This document shows positions 18,507-36,538 of a DNA stretch of 64,000 bases, piece by piece. Position numbers and translations under genes: made by a program. The notes under the pieces were generated by a model, which saw only the letters and a program-made list of their open reading frames with translations, searched no databases and was not told the origin of the DNA. This stretch comes from Dehalococcoidia bacterium (GTDB lineage Bacteria > Chloroflexota > Dehalococcoidia > Lucifugimonadales > Australimonadaceae), in contig DAOUJX010000006.1 of assembly GCA_034422075.1 (NCBI GenBank), forward strand, positions 462 to 64,461. Reading direction: 5' to 3'. The stretch's first letter is position 1. The number at the start of each line of letters is the position of its first letter.

Positions 18507-19418
18507 ATGTCCTCAATGGCTGATCTGCTTGAGGCGCGCGGGCTGACGAAGCATTACGGACCCACTATCGCGCTCGACAACGCGTCCTTCAGCGTCCAGT
18601 CCGGCATTACCGGCCTGCTTGGGCCCAACGGCGCGGGCAAGAGCACGGCCATGAAGCTTTTCCTCGGACTGATTCGCCCCACGTCCGGCACCGCCACCAT
18701 CATGGGCGCAGAGCCGTACGGCTCGCCGGACGGGCGCGCACGGGTCGGCTACATGCCAGAACATGACGCGCTGCCGCCCAACGTGACGGCGACGGAGTTC
18801 CTGATGCACATGGCGCAGGTAAGCGGGCTGCCCCCAGCGTTCGCACGTATGCGCACCGCTGACACCCTGCGCCACGTTGGGCTGGAGGAGGAGCGCTACC
18901 GCCCGCTTGGCGGCTACTCCACAGGTATGAAGCAGCGCGTCAAGCTGGCGCAGGCGCTAGTCCACGACCCCGTACTGGTGCTGCTGGATGAGCCGACGGC
19001 GGGTCTCGACCCGTCGGGGCGCGACGAGATGCTCGACTTGATCAAGCGCACGAGGCGCGCCTTCAACATCAGTATCATGCTCTCGACCCACCTGTTGGGC
19101 GATGTGGAGCGGGTGGCGGATGCCGTCGTCGTGCTTGAATCGGGAGCCGTCTCGCGCCAGGGTTCGGTCGCGCAGTTCACGGCGGAGACGGAGTCGCTGC
19201 TGGTGGAGGTCGCCGATAGGCGTGATGAGTTCACCGCCGCGCTGCGCGCCAAAGGTGTGGAGCCCATCGAGAGAGGGCACATGCTCGTCGTCGAGGGAGC
19301 TGGCGACGCGGAATACGACCTGATACGCGATGCAGTGGTTGAATCGAGCGCGCGGTTGCGCAGACTCACGCCACAGCGAGGTACCCTCACAGACATCTTC
19401 CGAGACGGCCCCGCATGA
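18507..19418 (+). CDS. ABC exporter ATP-binding subunit
   Basis: GPNGAGKS, YSTGMKQR, LLDEPT, STH. Confidence 0.95.
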   Translation: MSSMADLLEARGLTKHYGPTIALDNASFSVQSGITGLLGPNGAGKSTAMKLFLGLIRPTSGTATIMGAEPYGSPDGRARVGYMPEHDALPPNVTATEFLMHMAQVSGLPPAFARMRTADTLRHVGLEEERYRPLGGYSTGMKQRVKLAQALVHDPVLVLLDEPTAGLDPSGRDEMLDLIKRTRRAFNISIMLSTHLLGDVERVADAVVVLESGAVSRQGSVAQFTAETESLLVEVADRRDEFTAALRAKGVEPIERGHMLVVEGAGDAEYDLIRDAVVESSARLRRLTPQRGTLTDIFRDGPA

Positions 19419-20362
19419 CGATGCAGGGCCAAGCAGAAATCTATGACCTCGGCTACCAATCGTACGATGGGCCGAGAGAGGGCCGTAGCCGTGCGCGGCG
19501 GGCGGTATTCGAGAACGGTGTGCGCACGCTCTTGGGCATCGGGCGCGGCGGGCGGGCCAAGATTCTGCCCGTGCTGCTCTTCCTTGGCGCAATCTCCCCT
19601 GCGCTCGTCTTCGTCCTCATCCTCTCCGTCGTGTCCGAAGGTGATTTCGTGCCCGGCCCGTCCGACTACTACGGCATTGTGGGCACGCTGCTCGTCATCT
19701 TTGCAGCAGTCATGGCGCCCGAGTTGCTGTTGTCCGACCGCCAATACAACGTGCTGCAACTCTACCTGGTGCGTCCGCTGACCTCGACCGACTACCTTGT
19801 GGCGCGCTTCCTCGCCTTCTTCATCGTCGTGCTGGCGCTGGTGTACTCCGGCCAGATCATCCTGCAAGCGGGCCTCATCCTTACGGCAGACGAGCAGCTG
19901 GAGTATCTGCGCGATAACTGGCTGGACATCCCGCGCTTCCTTGCAGCGGGCGTCGTGTACGCGCTGTTCATCACGGCAATCCCACTGGCAGTAACAACGG
20001 TGATTTCGCGGCGCGCCTACGTGGCCGCGCTCGTCATCGGCGCCTTCCTCGTCTCCTCGTTTTTCACCGACGGCCTCATCGCAGGGGACTGCACTGAGAC
20101 GGTAGCAGTACAAGGAGACGAGATTACTCGAGAAGTGGAATGCACGCCTATCATCGGCGATTCGGCGCCGTACGTTGCGCTGGCCAACCTCTTTCAGACG
20201 CCTGCCAACATTAGCGACCTGATCTTCGATGTAGAGCCGGGGTCGCCGTCGGGCACCGAGGTGGCCAAGCTAAACGCAGCCTTCCCGGTCGCAACGTACA
20301 TTGCGCTGACACTACTGCCGTGCCTGCTGCTGTGGCGACGCTACAGGAGGCTGGCCTTATGA
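19415..20362 (+). CDS. ABC-2 type permease
   Basis: Multiple TM helices; ELLLSDRQYNVLQLYLVRPL; ATGA overlap with ATPase. Confidence 0.85.
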   Translation: MTMQGQAEIYDLGYQSYDGPREGRSRARRAVFENGVRTLLGIGRGGRAKILPVLLFLGAISPALVFVLILSVVSEGDFVPGPSDYYGIVGTLLVIFAAVMAPELLLSDRQYNVLQLYLVRPLTSTDYLVARFLAFFIVVLALVYSGQIILQAGLILTADEQLEYLRDNWLDIPRFLAAGVVYALFITAIPLAVTTVISRRAYVAALVIGAFLVSSFFTDGLIAGDCTETVAVQGDEITREVECTPIIGDSAPYVALANLFQTPANISDLIFDVEPGSPSGTEVAKLNAAFPVATYIALTLLPCLLLWRRYRRLAL

Positions 20363-21282
20363 CGACATACGCATCGCCCACCATCCAGGTGAACGCGGTG
20401 TCCAAGTGGTACGGCAACGTGGTGGCGGTGAACGACGTGACGTTCGACGTCCACCCGGGCATCTCCGGCATCCTGGGGCCGAACGGCGCCGGCAAGACGA
20501 CGCTGCTGCACATCATTGCCGGACTCGCAGCGCCGTCGGAGGGTGAGGTGCGGGTGCTGGGAGAACCGTCGCGCGGCAACCCGGAGCTCTACCGGCGCAT
20601 CGGCGTGATGGCGGAGCATGACGCGCTGTACCCCTTCATGACAGGCCGCGAGTTCGTGACGTTCGCCGCGCGTCTGCAGGGCGTACAGGACAGCGATGCG
20701 GTCGACGAAGCGATTCGTGCAGTCGACTTGGTGGAAGCACAAGGGCGGCGCATCGGGGGCTACTCCCGCGGCATGCGCCAGCGCATCCGCATGGCGGCGT
20801 CCCTCGTGCACGACCCGGAGGTGCTGATACTGGACGAGCCGCTCAACGGCACCGACCCGCGCCAGCGCCTCCACTTCGGCGAGATGGTGCAGCGATTCGC
20901 CGCCTCCGGCAAGACCGTGCTCATCTCCTCGCACATCCTGGAGGAGGTGGAGGCGCTGGCGGAGCGCATCCTGCTGATGGTGAGCAGCAAGCTGGCGGCG
21001 TCCGGCGACTACCGCGCTATCCGTGAGAAGCTGGACGAGCGCCCGTTCATGGTGCGCGTGGTGGCTTCCAAGCAGCGCGACATGGCCGCAGCGCTGGTGC
21101 GCAACCCCGCTGTCGAATCGATATCGCTCGCCGACGGCGCGATCGACGTGCAGACGGGCAACATCGGCGAGTTCCAGAGCGTGGTCGCGCGGTTGGCGCA
21201 AGAGGTCGGCAGCCGCCTCTACCGCGTCGAGCCGCTGGACGACTCACTGGAGAGCGTCTTTACCTACGTGGTGCAGCGGTGA
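20359..21282 (+). CDS. ABC exporter ATP-binding subunit 2
   Basis: GPNGAGKTT, YSRGMRQR, ILDEPL, SSH; start ATG 20359 overlapping previous stop. Confidence 0.95.
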   Translation: MTTYASPTIQVNAVSKWYGNVVAVNDVTFDVHPGISGILGPNGAGKTTLLHIIAGLAAPSEGEVRVLGEPSRGNPELYRRIGVMAEHDALYPFMTGREFVTFAARLQGVQDSDAVDEAIRAVDLVEAQGRRIGGYSRGMRQRIRMAASLVHDPEVLILDEPLNGTDPRQRLHFGEMVQRFAASGKTVLISSHILEEVEALAERILLMVSSKLAASGDYRAIREKLDERPFMVRVVASKQRDMAAALVRNPAVESISLADGAIDVQTGNIGEFQSVVARLAQEVGSRLYRVEPLDDSLESVFTYVVQR

Positions 21283-21998
21283 ACGGCGCGCTCTTCTTGG
21301 TCTCACTGCGGCAGGCGGCGAGCCTGAAGCGACTGGCGGTCATCGTCGTGTTTGCGTTGGTCCCGCTGGGCACGGCCATTGCCATTAGCGCGTTGGCAGA
21401 TGGCGAAGACCTGGTCAACAGCGTGCTTGACCCGTTGGTCATCGCAACCTTCTTGCCGATAACGGTAATGACCATAGCGACGACGGCGTTCGGGAACGAA
21501 GTCGAGGACCGTACGCTGGGCCTGCTCACGATGAAGCCGGTTTCGCGGTTGGCCATCGTGCTCGCCAAGCTGGGCGCGACGCTGTCGGTAACGGCGCCGC
21601 TGGCCGTGCTCGTCGCCATCGTCGTCACCGTGTTGGGGAGCGACGATGAGAGCGTGGGGTCTGCGGCAGTTGCTGCGGGCGTTGCGGCAGCCATGGGCGC
21701 GGCGGCCTACAGTTCGATTTTCACGTGGGCGGGCCTCATGAATACACGCGCACTCGGCTTTGGATTGGTCTACGTGCTGCTCTGGGAGGCCCTGCTCGTG
21801 ACCTTCATCGAAGGCTTGCGCTACTTGAGTGTGCGCAGCTACATCATCGGCGTGATGCACGGAATGGAGGAGAGCGCCTTCAGTGAGTTGGCCGACCGCT
21901 CCATCGAGCTGCCTGCGGCGCTGGCCGGAGCGATACTCGCCACCGTCGTATTCGCTTACCTAACCGTGCGCCGATTGCAGACAATGGACGTGCCATAG
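21279..21998 (+). CDS. ABC-2 type permease 2
   Basis: Six hydrophobic segments, FGNEVEDRTLGLLTMKPVSR. Confidence 0.85.
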   Translation: MNGALFLVSLRQAASLKRLAVIVVFALVPLGTAIAISALADGEDLVNSVLDPLVIATFLPITVMTIATTAFGNEVEDRTLGLLTMKPVSRLAIVLAKLGATLSVTAPLAVLVAIVVTVLGSDDESVGSAAVAAGVAAAMGAAAYSSIFTWAGLMNTRALGFGLVYVLLWEALLVTFIEGLRYLSVRSYIIGVMHGMEESAFSELADRSIELPAALAGAILATVVFAYLTVRRLQTMDVP

Positions 21999-22105
21999 GT
22001 ATAGAGCTTTGGTGCACAGTCCCTTGGTCAGAGCGCCCTTGACGCAAGAGCACGCGCGGGCCCGATGTCCGAGATGCCGCCTGAGCATCAGATAGCGGGG
22101 TTGTC

Positions 22106-22279
22106 ATGAAGCGTGAAGATGCCAAAGTCGTGGGCGTAGTGTCGCTCATAGCCATTGCCGCCACCTTCTTTACCAGCCTTGGCGTGCTGGTGGACACGGC
22201 CTTTGCCGTCATCGGCTTGGGGTTGTCCGTTCTGGCCGCACTGCTCTTCGTCTACTGGTACATCCGATTCGGGCGCTAG
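22106..22279 (+). CDS. Small 2-TM membrane protein (57 aa), below ORF-track cut-off
   Basis: MKREDAKVVGVVSLIAIAATFFTSLGVLVDTAFAVIGLGLSVLAALLFVYWYIRFGR*; two clean hydrophobic helices with charged ends. Confidence 0.65.
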   Translation: MKREDAKVVGVVSLIAIAATFFTSLGVLVDTAFAVIGLGLSVLAALLFVYWYIRFGR

Positions 22280-22598
22280 CCCCGAGTCTCGCCTAGGTCG
22301 AGGCGATAGGGTGGCGGAATTGGCATTCGATGCACGTTCATTGCCGAGGGAAGGTGTTGTAGCCGTTGAGCACCTAGCAAAGGAGTGGACCGGCAGAGAT
22401 GAACGCATCCCCTTCACTTGGGTCTGCACCACCCTGCAGCACGCTTCGGCCGGGTTCGGACCTGGCCATATGGATGGTCACAGGCATCATCCCCTCCGGT
22501 CAGCACGGCGTAGTCCACCAGGCGCCATCTGCGACTATTGGGTCACGTGCGCGGCTTTTGAACCAGAAGGGTTTGTTGAATCGGAGCTGTGAAGAGTA

Positions 22599-22627
22599 TT
22601 GACACCCATTTGCAAGGCGCGTAGGCT
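22599..22627 (+). promoter_or_regulatory. Sigma70-type promoter for rpoBC
   Basis: TTGACA (22599-22604)-N17-TAGGCT (22622-22627). Confidence 0.65.
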
Positions 22628-22768
22628 ATGCTATTCGGGAGAGGTATGCCCTCCGCTGAAGCGCGCCCGCAACTCTGCCTCACACATTAGCGTTTTCTCA
22701 TTTGGCCTAGCTCATCACTAGGCCTTCTTGCCGTTGACGACGATAGGTAGCAGACCAAGGAGTTCTTG

Positions 22769-26632
<3,864 letters not shown>

Positions 26633-26695
26633 CGGCGGTCGAATTGCCAATCGAGCGGGGCTACTGCAAGCCCGCTGAGGAGAAACGAGAACAAC

Positions 26696-30883
<4,188 letters not shown>

Positions 30884-30919
30884 TAGGCGCTAAGACACAG
30901 GCATACCAAGGAGGCAGGG

Positions 30920-31639
30920 ATGGCGACGGTGCAAGAAATGGTCGACATAAGAGTTGGCGACGACACGATGGCAACCTACGTTTTCCGCCCGGACGACGAC
31001 ACGGCGCACCCCGCGGTCATCGTCATCCAGGAGATCTTCGGCGTGAACGCCAACATCCGCGGCATCTCCGAGCGCTTTGCCCAAGAGGGCTACGTCGCGT
31101 TCGCGCCCGACGTCTTCCACCGCTCCGGGCGGCTGATGGAGGTGCCGTACAGCGACATGGACACGGCGCGTGGGCTGGCTGGAACGGTCACCGACGACGC
31201 ACTCGTCGGCGACCTGAGCACATTGGTGCGCCATATCCAAGGCTATCCGCAAGCGCTGCAGGGGCGCATCGGCATCACAGGCTACTGCTTCGGCGGGCGC
31301 GTGTCGTTCCTCGCGGCAACCTCCGTGCCGGGGATCAGCGCCGCAGCAGTCTACTACGGCGGGCGCATCAATGCAGAGGGCGGCCCTATCGAGAAGGCGG
31401 CCAACATCTCCGCTCCCATCATCGGACTGTTCGGCAACGAGGATCAGAACCCGTCGCCCAGCGACGTAGCGGCCATCGATGCGGAGTTGACGCGGCTGGG
31501 CAAGGCGCACGAGTTCCACGCCTACGACGGCGCGGGCCACGGTTTCATGTGCGAAGACCGCGGCTCGTGGCGCGAGGATGCGGCCAAAGACGCGTGGGAC
31601 AAGACGCTCGCCTTCTTCAAGCAACACCTCGCCGCCTAG
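30920..31639 (+). CDS. Dienelactone hydrolase family protein
   Basis: IQEIFGVN, nucleophile GYCFGG, YDGAGHGF. Confidence 0.93.
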   Translation: MATVQEMVDIRVGDDTMATYVFRPDDDTAHPAVIVIQEIFGVNANIRGISERFAQEGYVAFAPDVFHRSGRLMEVPYSDMDTARGLAGTVTDDALVGDLSTLVRHIQGYPQALQGRIGITGYCFGGRVSFLAATSVPGISAAAVYYGGRINAEGGPIEKAANISAPIIGLFGNEDQNPSPSDVAAIDAELTRLGKAHEFHAYDGAGHGFMCEDRGSWREDAAKDAWDKTLAFFKQHLAA

Positions 31640-31649
31640 GCGTGCCACC

Positions 31650-32381
31650 GTGGTGGACGTTCGGCTCGCCAACGTAACCAAGCGTTACGACGGTGTCTCG
31701 GCGCTTGACGACCTCTCGCTAAGTGTTGCCTCGGGCGAGTTCATGGTCGTCGTGGGGCCGTCGGGCAGCGGCAAGACGACGATGCTCCGTTGCATCGCGG
31801 GGCTTGACGAGCCCGACTCTGGCGACATCTTCATCGGCGGGCGCTGGGCGAACGATATCCCAGTCGGCAAGCGCGACGTGCAGATGATCTTCCAGACGCT
31901 TGCGCTCTGGCCGCACATGCGCGTATTGGATGAGCAGAAGTGGACCAACGTCAGCTTCCCATTGCGGGTTCGCGGGTGGGCGGTCGAGCAGGTACGCGAG
32001 CGCGTCGGGAGTGTCGCGCGCCGTGTCGGCCTGAAACGCTGGATGTACGACCGGCGCCCGGACGAACTCTCCGGTGGCGAACGCCAGCGCGTCGCGCTCG
32101 CCCGTGCGCTGACGGCGATGCCGTCCGTCTATCTGATGGACGAGCCGATGAGCAACATGGATCCCATCGCCCGTGTGAGTATGCGCGAGGAGATCAAGAC
32201 GATTCATCGCGATATCGGCGCGACGACGCTGTACGTAACGCACAACATGGCGGACGCGCGCGCCATGGCCGATCGCGTAGCGATGATGGATGAGGGGCGC
32301 ATCGTCCAAGTCGGCACCATAGACGAGCTCGAACACCAGCCTGTATCGCCGTGGGTTACGGCATTCTTGCGGACGGCGTAG
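31650..32381 (+). CDS. ABC ATP-binding protein (MalK/PotA-like, no C-terminal regulatory domain)
   Basis: GPSGSGKT, LSGGERQR, LMDEP, YVTH; start GTG 31650 preferred. Confidence 0.9.
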   Translation: MVDVRLANVTKRYDGVSALDDLSLSVASGEFMVVVGPSGSGKTTMLRCIAGLDEPDSGDIFIGGRWANDIPVGKRDVQMIFQTLALWPHMRVLDEQKWTNVSFPLRVRGWAVEQVRERVGSVARRVGLKRWMYDRRPDELSGGERQRVALARALTAMPSVYLMDEPMSNMDPIARVSMREEIKTIHRDIGATTLYVTHNMADARAMADRVAMMDEGRIVQVGTIDELEHQPVSPWVTAFLRTA

Positions 32382-32392
32382 GTATCTTGTCA

Positions 32393-32434
32393 CCTCTCCC
32401 CTGGGGAGGGGTCGCCGCTTGCGGCGGATGAGGG
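32393..32434. repeat. REP-like double hairpin between convergent genes
   Basis: cctctccc-ct-ggggaggg, then cgccgc-tt-gcggcg, then gatgaggg. Confidence 0.6.
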
Positions 32435-32460
32435 CTCTCCCCCAGGATGAGGACGCGCAG

Positions 32461-34050
32461 CTAGCGCAGCATCCGTCGCAGCACGTTGGCGGTGATTCGC
32501 GAGACCGCGTCATCGGGCCAGAGCGCGGATATGTAGCAAATCGACCCGGCGGCAAAAACGGCGCCGCCGCTCGGCGTTTCGTACAGGGCCATCTCCGCAC
32601 CGCCATCGTTCGGGTTGAGGCCCTTGGCCAGCAACCGCACGCTTTGGGGTGAATTGGCCGGCGATATCTTGTCCGTCTCATGGCCGGAGGCGCCGCCGGG
32701 GATGCGCATGTGTTGCGTGCGCTCGCCAAAGCGGTGCCCATCCTCCAGCCCCGTGCCCTCAAATACCCAGTGGGAGGCGTCGCGCACCTCGTACGGCGCT
32801 GCCGTCATGATGCCGCGCTTATCGTACACCACGCCGAGCAAGCTCGCCTCCGGCTCGACGCGCGCGTGGAAGCGGCTCTCCCAGTTGCGCGTCACTTCCT
32901 CTGTTACGCCGTTGTGGTGGACGACCGCCTTCCCGTCATCGACCAGCTCGACCTCGCAGTTGACGCCGTTGCCGCCAAGATAAAGCAGGCGTCCACCGCG
33001 TCCGTGCACCCACTTCTTCAGGCGGAAGTACATGTCGCGCGTCCAGTACTCGGGGTGCGGGCCAGTGATAACGACCTTGTATGAGTCGAGGTCGAGCATG
33101 CCCTTGGCAAACTGGCTCTCAGCGTAGAGGTCGTAAGCGAAGCCCTCACGCTCGAGCCAGCCAAGCAGCCGCCACTCCGCGGGCGCGATGTGGTTCGGTG
33201 CCCGCCCCTCGATGGGGTCGGTGATGCGCTCGCCCTCCGGAAGGTGGTTTATGAGCTCGGGGCGGTCGAGCGAGAGCGGCGCGTAGTCGTTGACGACATA
33301 GCCTGCCCGCTCAGGGTGCAAGTAACGATCGAGCTCCATGCGCGCGTTCGCAGTGGGCACGGCGGGCATCCCCTCAGGGTGAATGTAGTTGGAGCGCCCG
33401 CCGAAGTTGTTGTAGGCGTTCCAGTTGAGGTCGCCTGCGAGCACGGCAATCGGCGCCGACGGCCTCTCCGGCGCAACTACCCAGGGGAATGAGAAGAATG
33501 CGCCTGACTCGCCCTTGGCCTGAAAGTAGTAGAGGCCAGTGCGCGGCGGTGCAGTGACGTACTGAACGTGGTCGGGATTGGCATAGCCCACGCTGTTCCA
33601 GCGCACGCCCGTCTGCGAGTAGTCGCCATCCGGGCTGATTTGCATGGTCGCACGTGGCCCGTGCTCGTCGTACCAGCCCAGCGGAATGACGAGCGCCTTC
33701 TCGCGCCCGTAGCGCCACAATTCGAGGCGGTACTGCTCCGGAGAGTGGACGCGGAACTCGGCGCGTTCTCCGGCACGCACGGCCTTTGGCCACGCATATC
33801 CCCACAGCGCATCTGGCAGTAGCCTGAATTGGTGCGGCTGCGCGGCAGGCAGCGTAATCGGCACGCGCTTTGCGCCGTAGCCGTCCTTGTTCAGCACCGC
33901 GACGTAGTCGCCTGCCGGCGCGTCGGTGTGCAGCGACCCTGACGCACGGGACGCGAATGCGTAAGATGCACCGTCCGCGCCCAGCAGCTCGACGTGAACG
34001 CCCGCAAGCGCGACGTAGCGATGGTCCGAGACATACCCGACAAGCGCCAT
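32461..34050 (-). CDS. N,N-dimethylformamidase large (beta) subunit-like protein with N-terminal carboxypeptidase-regulatory-like domain
   Basis: NWNAYNNFGG, GPHPEYWT, LYLGGN, GAVFAAGSI motifs typical of DmfA2-like family. Confidence 0.75.
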   Translation of the reverse strand: MALVGYVSDHRYVALAGVHVELLGADGASYAFASRASGSLHTDAPAGDYVAVLNKDGYGAKRVPITLPAAQPHQFRLLPDALWGYAWPKAVRAGERAEFRVHSPEQYRLELWRYGREKALVIPLGWYDEHGPRATMQISPDGDYSQTGVRWNSVGYANPDHVQYVTAPPRTGLYYFQAKGESGAFFSFPWVVAPERPSAPIAVLAGDLNWNAYNNFGGRSNYIHPEGMPAVPTANARMELDRYLHPERAGYVVNDYAPLSLDRPELINHLPEGERITDPIEGRAPNHIAPAEWRLLGWLEREGFAYDLYAESQFAKGMLDLDSYKVVITGPHPEYWTRDMYFRLKKWVHGRGGRLLYLGGNGVNCEVELVDDGKAVVHHNGVTEEVTRNWESRFHARVEPEASLLGVVYDKRGIMTAAPYEVRDASHWVFEGTGLEDGHRFGERTQHMRIPGGASGHETDKISPANSPQSVRLLAKGLNPNDGGAEMALYETPSGGAVFAAGSICYISALWPDDAVSRITANVLRRMLR

Positions 34051-34164
34051 GCCGCGATTCTAGCGCAGCGGAGAGGGCCGGCTAATGGGCGCTTGTGAAG
34101 GCTGGTTGCGCACGCATCGCTCGAAAGGAGTAGAATCGCCACACCTTGTGAGGAGGGATAGAGC

Positions 34165-35250
34165 ATGGTCACGGAAATTGGTCCTGAGTCTGGAAGCCGT
34201 GGGCTAACAGAGGAGGGCATCGTCCACATTCCGGGGCTTGCCAGCCGATGGGTGCGCTTGGCGAACGGCGCAAAGGCGCACTACATGACGGCCGGCGACA
34301 CTGGCCCGGCGGTGGTGCTGCTCCACGGCGGCATCAACGGGTCGTCCGGTACGGCGGGCTGGCGCTTCATGGCGCCGTTCCTCGGCGCGAACGGTTTCCG
34401 CGTCTACTGTCCCGACATGCCCGGATTCGGGCTGTCGGACACGCGTGAGGAGCACTGGCCGAAGTTGGGGACGCTGAGCCACGTGCAGTTCATCAAGGAC
34501 TTCATGGACGCGCTGTGCATCGACAAGGCGCACATCTCCGGTAACTCCATGGGCTGCACCAACTCGGTCATCTTCACCACCACGCACCCCGACCGCGTGC
34601 TCAGCTTCGCGCTGATCGCTGGCGGCGTCGGTGACCTCGTCGACCCCTCGCGACGCGTTGAGCCGAAGGACGGCAAGTTCACGCCCAACCCCGGCTACGT
34701 CCGACCCGACTGGGACGGCACCGAGGAGAGCATGCGCGTGCTGATGGAAGGCATCATCTACAAAGAGGGCGTGATTTGGCCGGAACTGATCACCATGCGC
34801 AACATGGCGGCGCTGCGCAACAAGGACTCCTACAACTCGCAGGTTGCAGCACGCGAGTTGCTCCAGACCGAGCCCAACTTGCGGCAGAAGATGACCACCA
34901 AGGAGCGCTTCAACCGGATGACCATTCCGGGCATCTACCTCTACGGCAAGCAGGATGTCTTGATCCCCTTGGAGAACGGCTGGATGCAGGAGGACGTCGG
35001 GTTCGACAACATTCAATTCTTCTACCCCGACGAGTGCGGCCACCAAGGCCAGTCCGACCAGCCGGAAATGTTCAACCAAGCGCTGCTTGAGTTCTTCAAG
35101 TACGGCAAGGTCAGCAAGGAGACGGCGGAGTGGGCCGGCGTGTCCGACCGCAAGCCCGTCAACTCCGACCTCGTCGACCTCGACGGCAGCGTCGTACCTG
35201 CCGACGAGATTGCGCTGAAGGGCGAACTGATCCCCGGAGTGCGTGTCTAG
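34165..35250 (+). CDS. Alpha/beta hydrolase (meta-cleavage product hydrolase-like)
   Basis: LLHGG, DMPGFGLS, GNSMG nucleophile elbow, CGHQGQ catalytic His. Confidence 0.88.
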   Translation: MVTEIGPESGSRGLTEEGIVHIPGLASRWVRLANGAKAHYMTAGDTGPAVVLLHGGINGSSGTAGWRFMAPFLGANGFRVYCPDMPGFGLSDTREEHWPKLGTLSHVQFIKDFMDALCIDKAHISGNSMGCTNSVIFTTTHPDRVLSFALIAGGVGDLVDPSRRVEPKDGKFTPNPGYVRPDWDGTEESMRVLMEGIIYKEGVIWPELITMRNMAALRNKDSYNSQVAARELLQTEPNLRQKMTTKERFNRMTIPGIYLYGKQDVLIPLENGWMQEDVGFDNIQFFYPDECGHQGQSDQPEMFNQALLEFFKYGKVSKETAEWAGVSDRKPVNSDLVDLDGSVVPADEIALKGELIPGVRV

Positions 35251-35945
35251 AGAGCATTACGGGCGGCGGTCGGCACCTCGCTAAGCGAGCTGACCGTCGC
35301 CCTGCTCCACTCCAGCGCCTCCTGCTTGTACGTTACCGATTCGGGCGGCTCGTACGGCACGCAGATGAGCAGCGGCGTCATCCCGACGCGCTGCGCGCCG
35401 TGCAATTCGTAATCGCCGCCGTCGCCGACGTAGAGGCAGTCTTCCGGCTCGACGCCGAGGCGCGCGCAAGCGAGGCGGTAGATGCGCGCATCCGGCTTGA
35501 CCAGTCGCACCGCCGCCGACAGCACGGGGTTCTCGATGAGCGGCGCGATACCGCCATCCTCCCAAACCTCCGCAACGTCGATAGTGCAGTTGCTGACCAT
35601 GCCGACGGCTAGCCCCGTCTCCCGCAAAGCGGCGATAGTGGGCGCTGCGTCGGGGCGGGGCGTGAGCGCGCGCACGGTTGCCTCGCGGCGCAGCGCCGTC
35701 CCCCGCGCAACGTGGCTTTCGTCGAAATCGACGCCCAATTGCCCGAACACATGGCGTATCGATTCCTCGCCGGTGGCAAAGAGGCCACGCATTCGCTCGG
35801 ACGCAGATTCGCGCCAGATGCGGGCAAATTCACCCGCGTCCGCGCCGACTATCTCGGCGATGCGCTCATTCAGTCCGGTGTAGAACGCCGTCGGCTCGTC
35901 GGCGAGTGTGCCGAACATGTCGAATATGACCGCGCGGAAGGCCAC
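35247..35945 (-). CDS. HAD-superfamily hydrolase
   Basis: VIFDMFGTL, MVSN, VKPDARIY, YVGDGG; start GTG 35945 preferred. Confidence 0.9.
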   Translation of the reverse strand: MAFRAVIFDMFGTLADEPTAFYTGLNERIAEIVGADAGEFARIWRESASERMRGLFATGEESIRHVFGQLGVDFDESHVARGTALRREATVRALTPRPDAAPTIAALRETGLAVGMVSNCTIDVAEVWEDGGIAPLIENPVLSAAVRLVKPDARIYRLACARLGVEPEDCLYVGDGGDYELHGAQRVGMTPLLICVPYEPPESVTYKQEALEWSRATVSSLSEVPTAARNAL

Positions 35946-35946
35946 G

Positions 35947-36528
35947 CTAGACCCGTCCGCGCGGCGGCAGCGGCCTAGTAGGTGTGATGCGCTTGGCCAT
36001 GAAGATGTCAGGCTTGCCGCGCCCATTGGCATCCGGCATGACGCCGATGGTGCTGAACCCTGCGGCGCGGTAGAAGCCGAAAGGATGCGTCCCCGGCTCG
36101 ATGCGCGCCAGCTTGCCCGGCAGGTTGTCGTAGAGGTCTGCGCCGCCGAGCGAGGTGCGATAATCCTCGTCGTCGGTGCCGACGAAGAGCGTCAGCGCCC
36201 CGCGCGCAGCAACGTGCTCTTCAATGTCTTCCACCAGCGCCAAGCCGATGCCCTCGCCCTGGCGGTCGGCACGGACGACGAGGGGGTGCAGCTCCCAGAC
36301 GTGGCCGTCATAGGCGGGCTGCGCGCAGCAAATGCCGACGAGCGAATCGCCATCGAAGGCGCCGCGGCTGACGCGCGTAGGGCCGGTCACGTCGGCTATC
36401 TCGTTGCGCGCCTCTTCAATGGTGTGATAGGCCGCGCTGTGGGGCGAGACCTCGCTCACGAGCAGCGCGGCGGCCTGCTCGCATGCGGCCTCGTCATCTG
36501 GGTGTAGATCGGCGATCCGTACGACCAT
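35947..36528 (-). CDS. GNAT acetyltransferase, AAC(6')-Ia-like
   Basis: WELHPLVVR, GTDDEDYRTSL, HPFGFY, PDANGRGKPDIFMAK; start ATG 36528 preferred. Confidence 0.82.
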   Translation of the reverse strand: MVVRIADLHPDDEAACEQAAALLVSEVSPHSAAYHTIEEARNEIADVTGPTRVSRGAFDGDSLVGICCAQPAYDGHVWELHPLVVRADRQGEGIGLALVEDIEEHVAARGALTLFVGTDDEDYRTSLGGADLYDNLPGKLARIEPGTHPFGFYRAAGFSTIGVMPDANGRGKPDIFMAKRITPTRPLPPRGRV

Positions 36529-36538
36529 GCGGCGCGGC

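Noticed and set aside
22088-22432. 114-aa minus-strand ORF
   Set aside because: Implausible composition; overlaps a much more protein-like 57-aa plus-strand membrane ORF.
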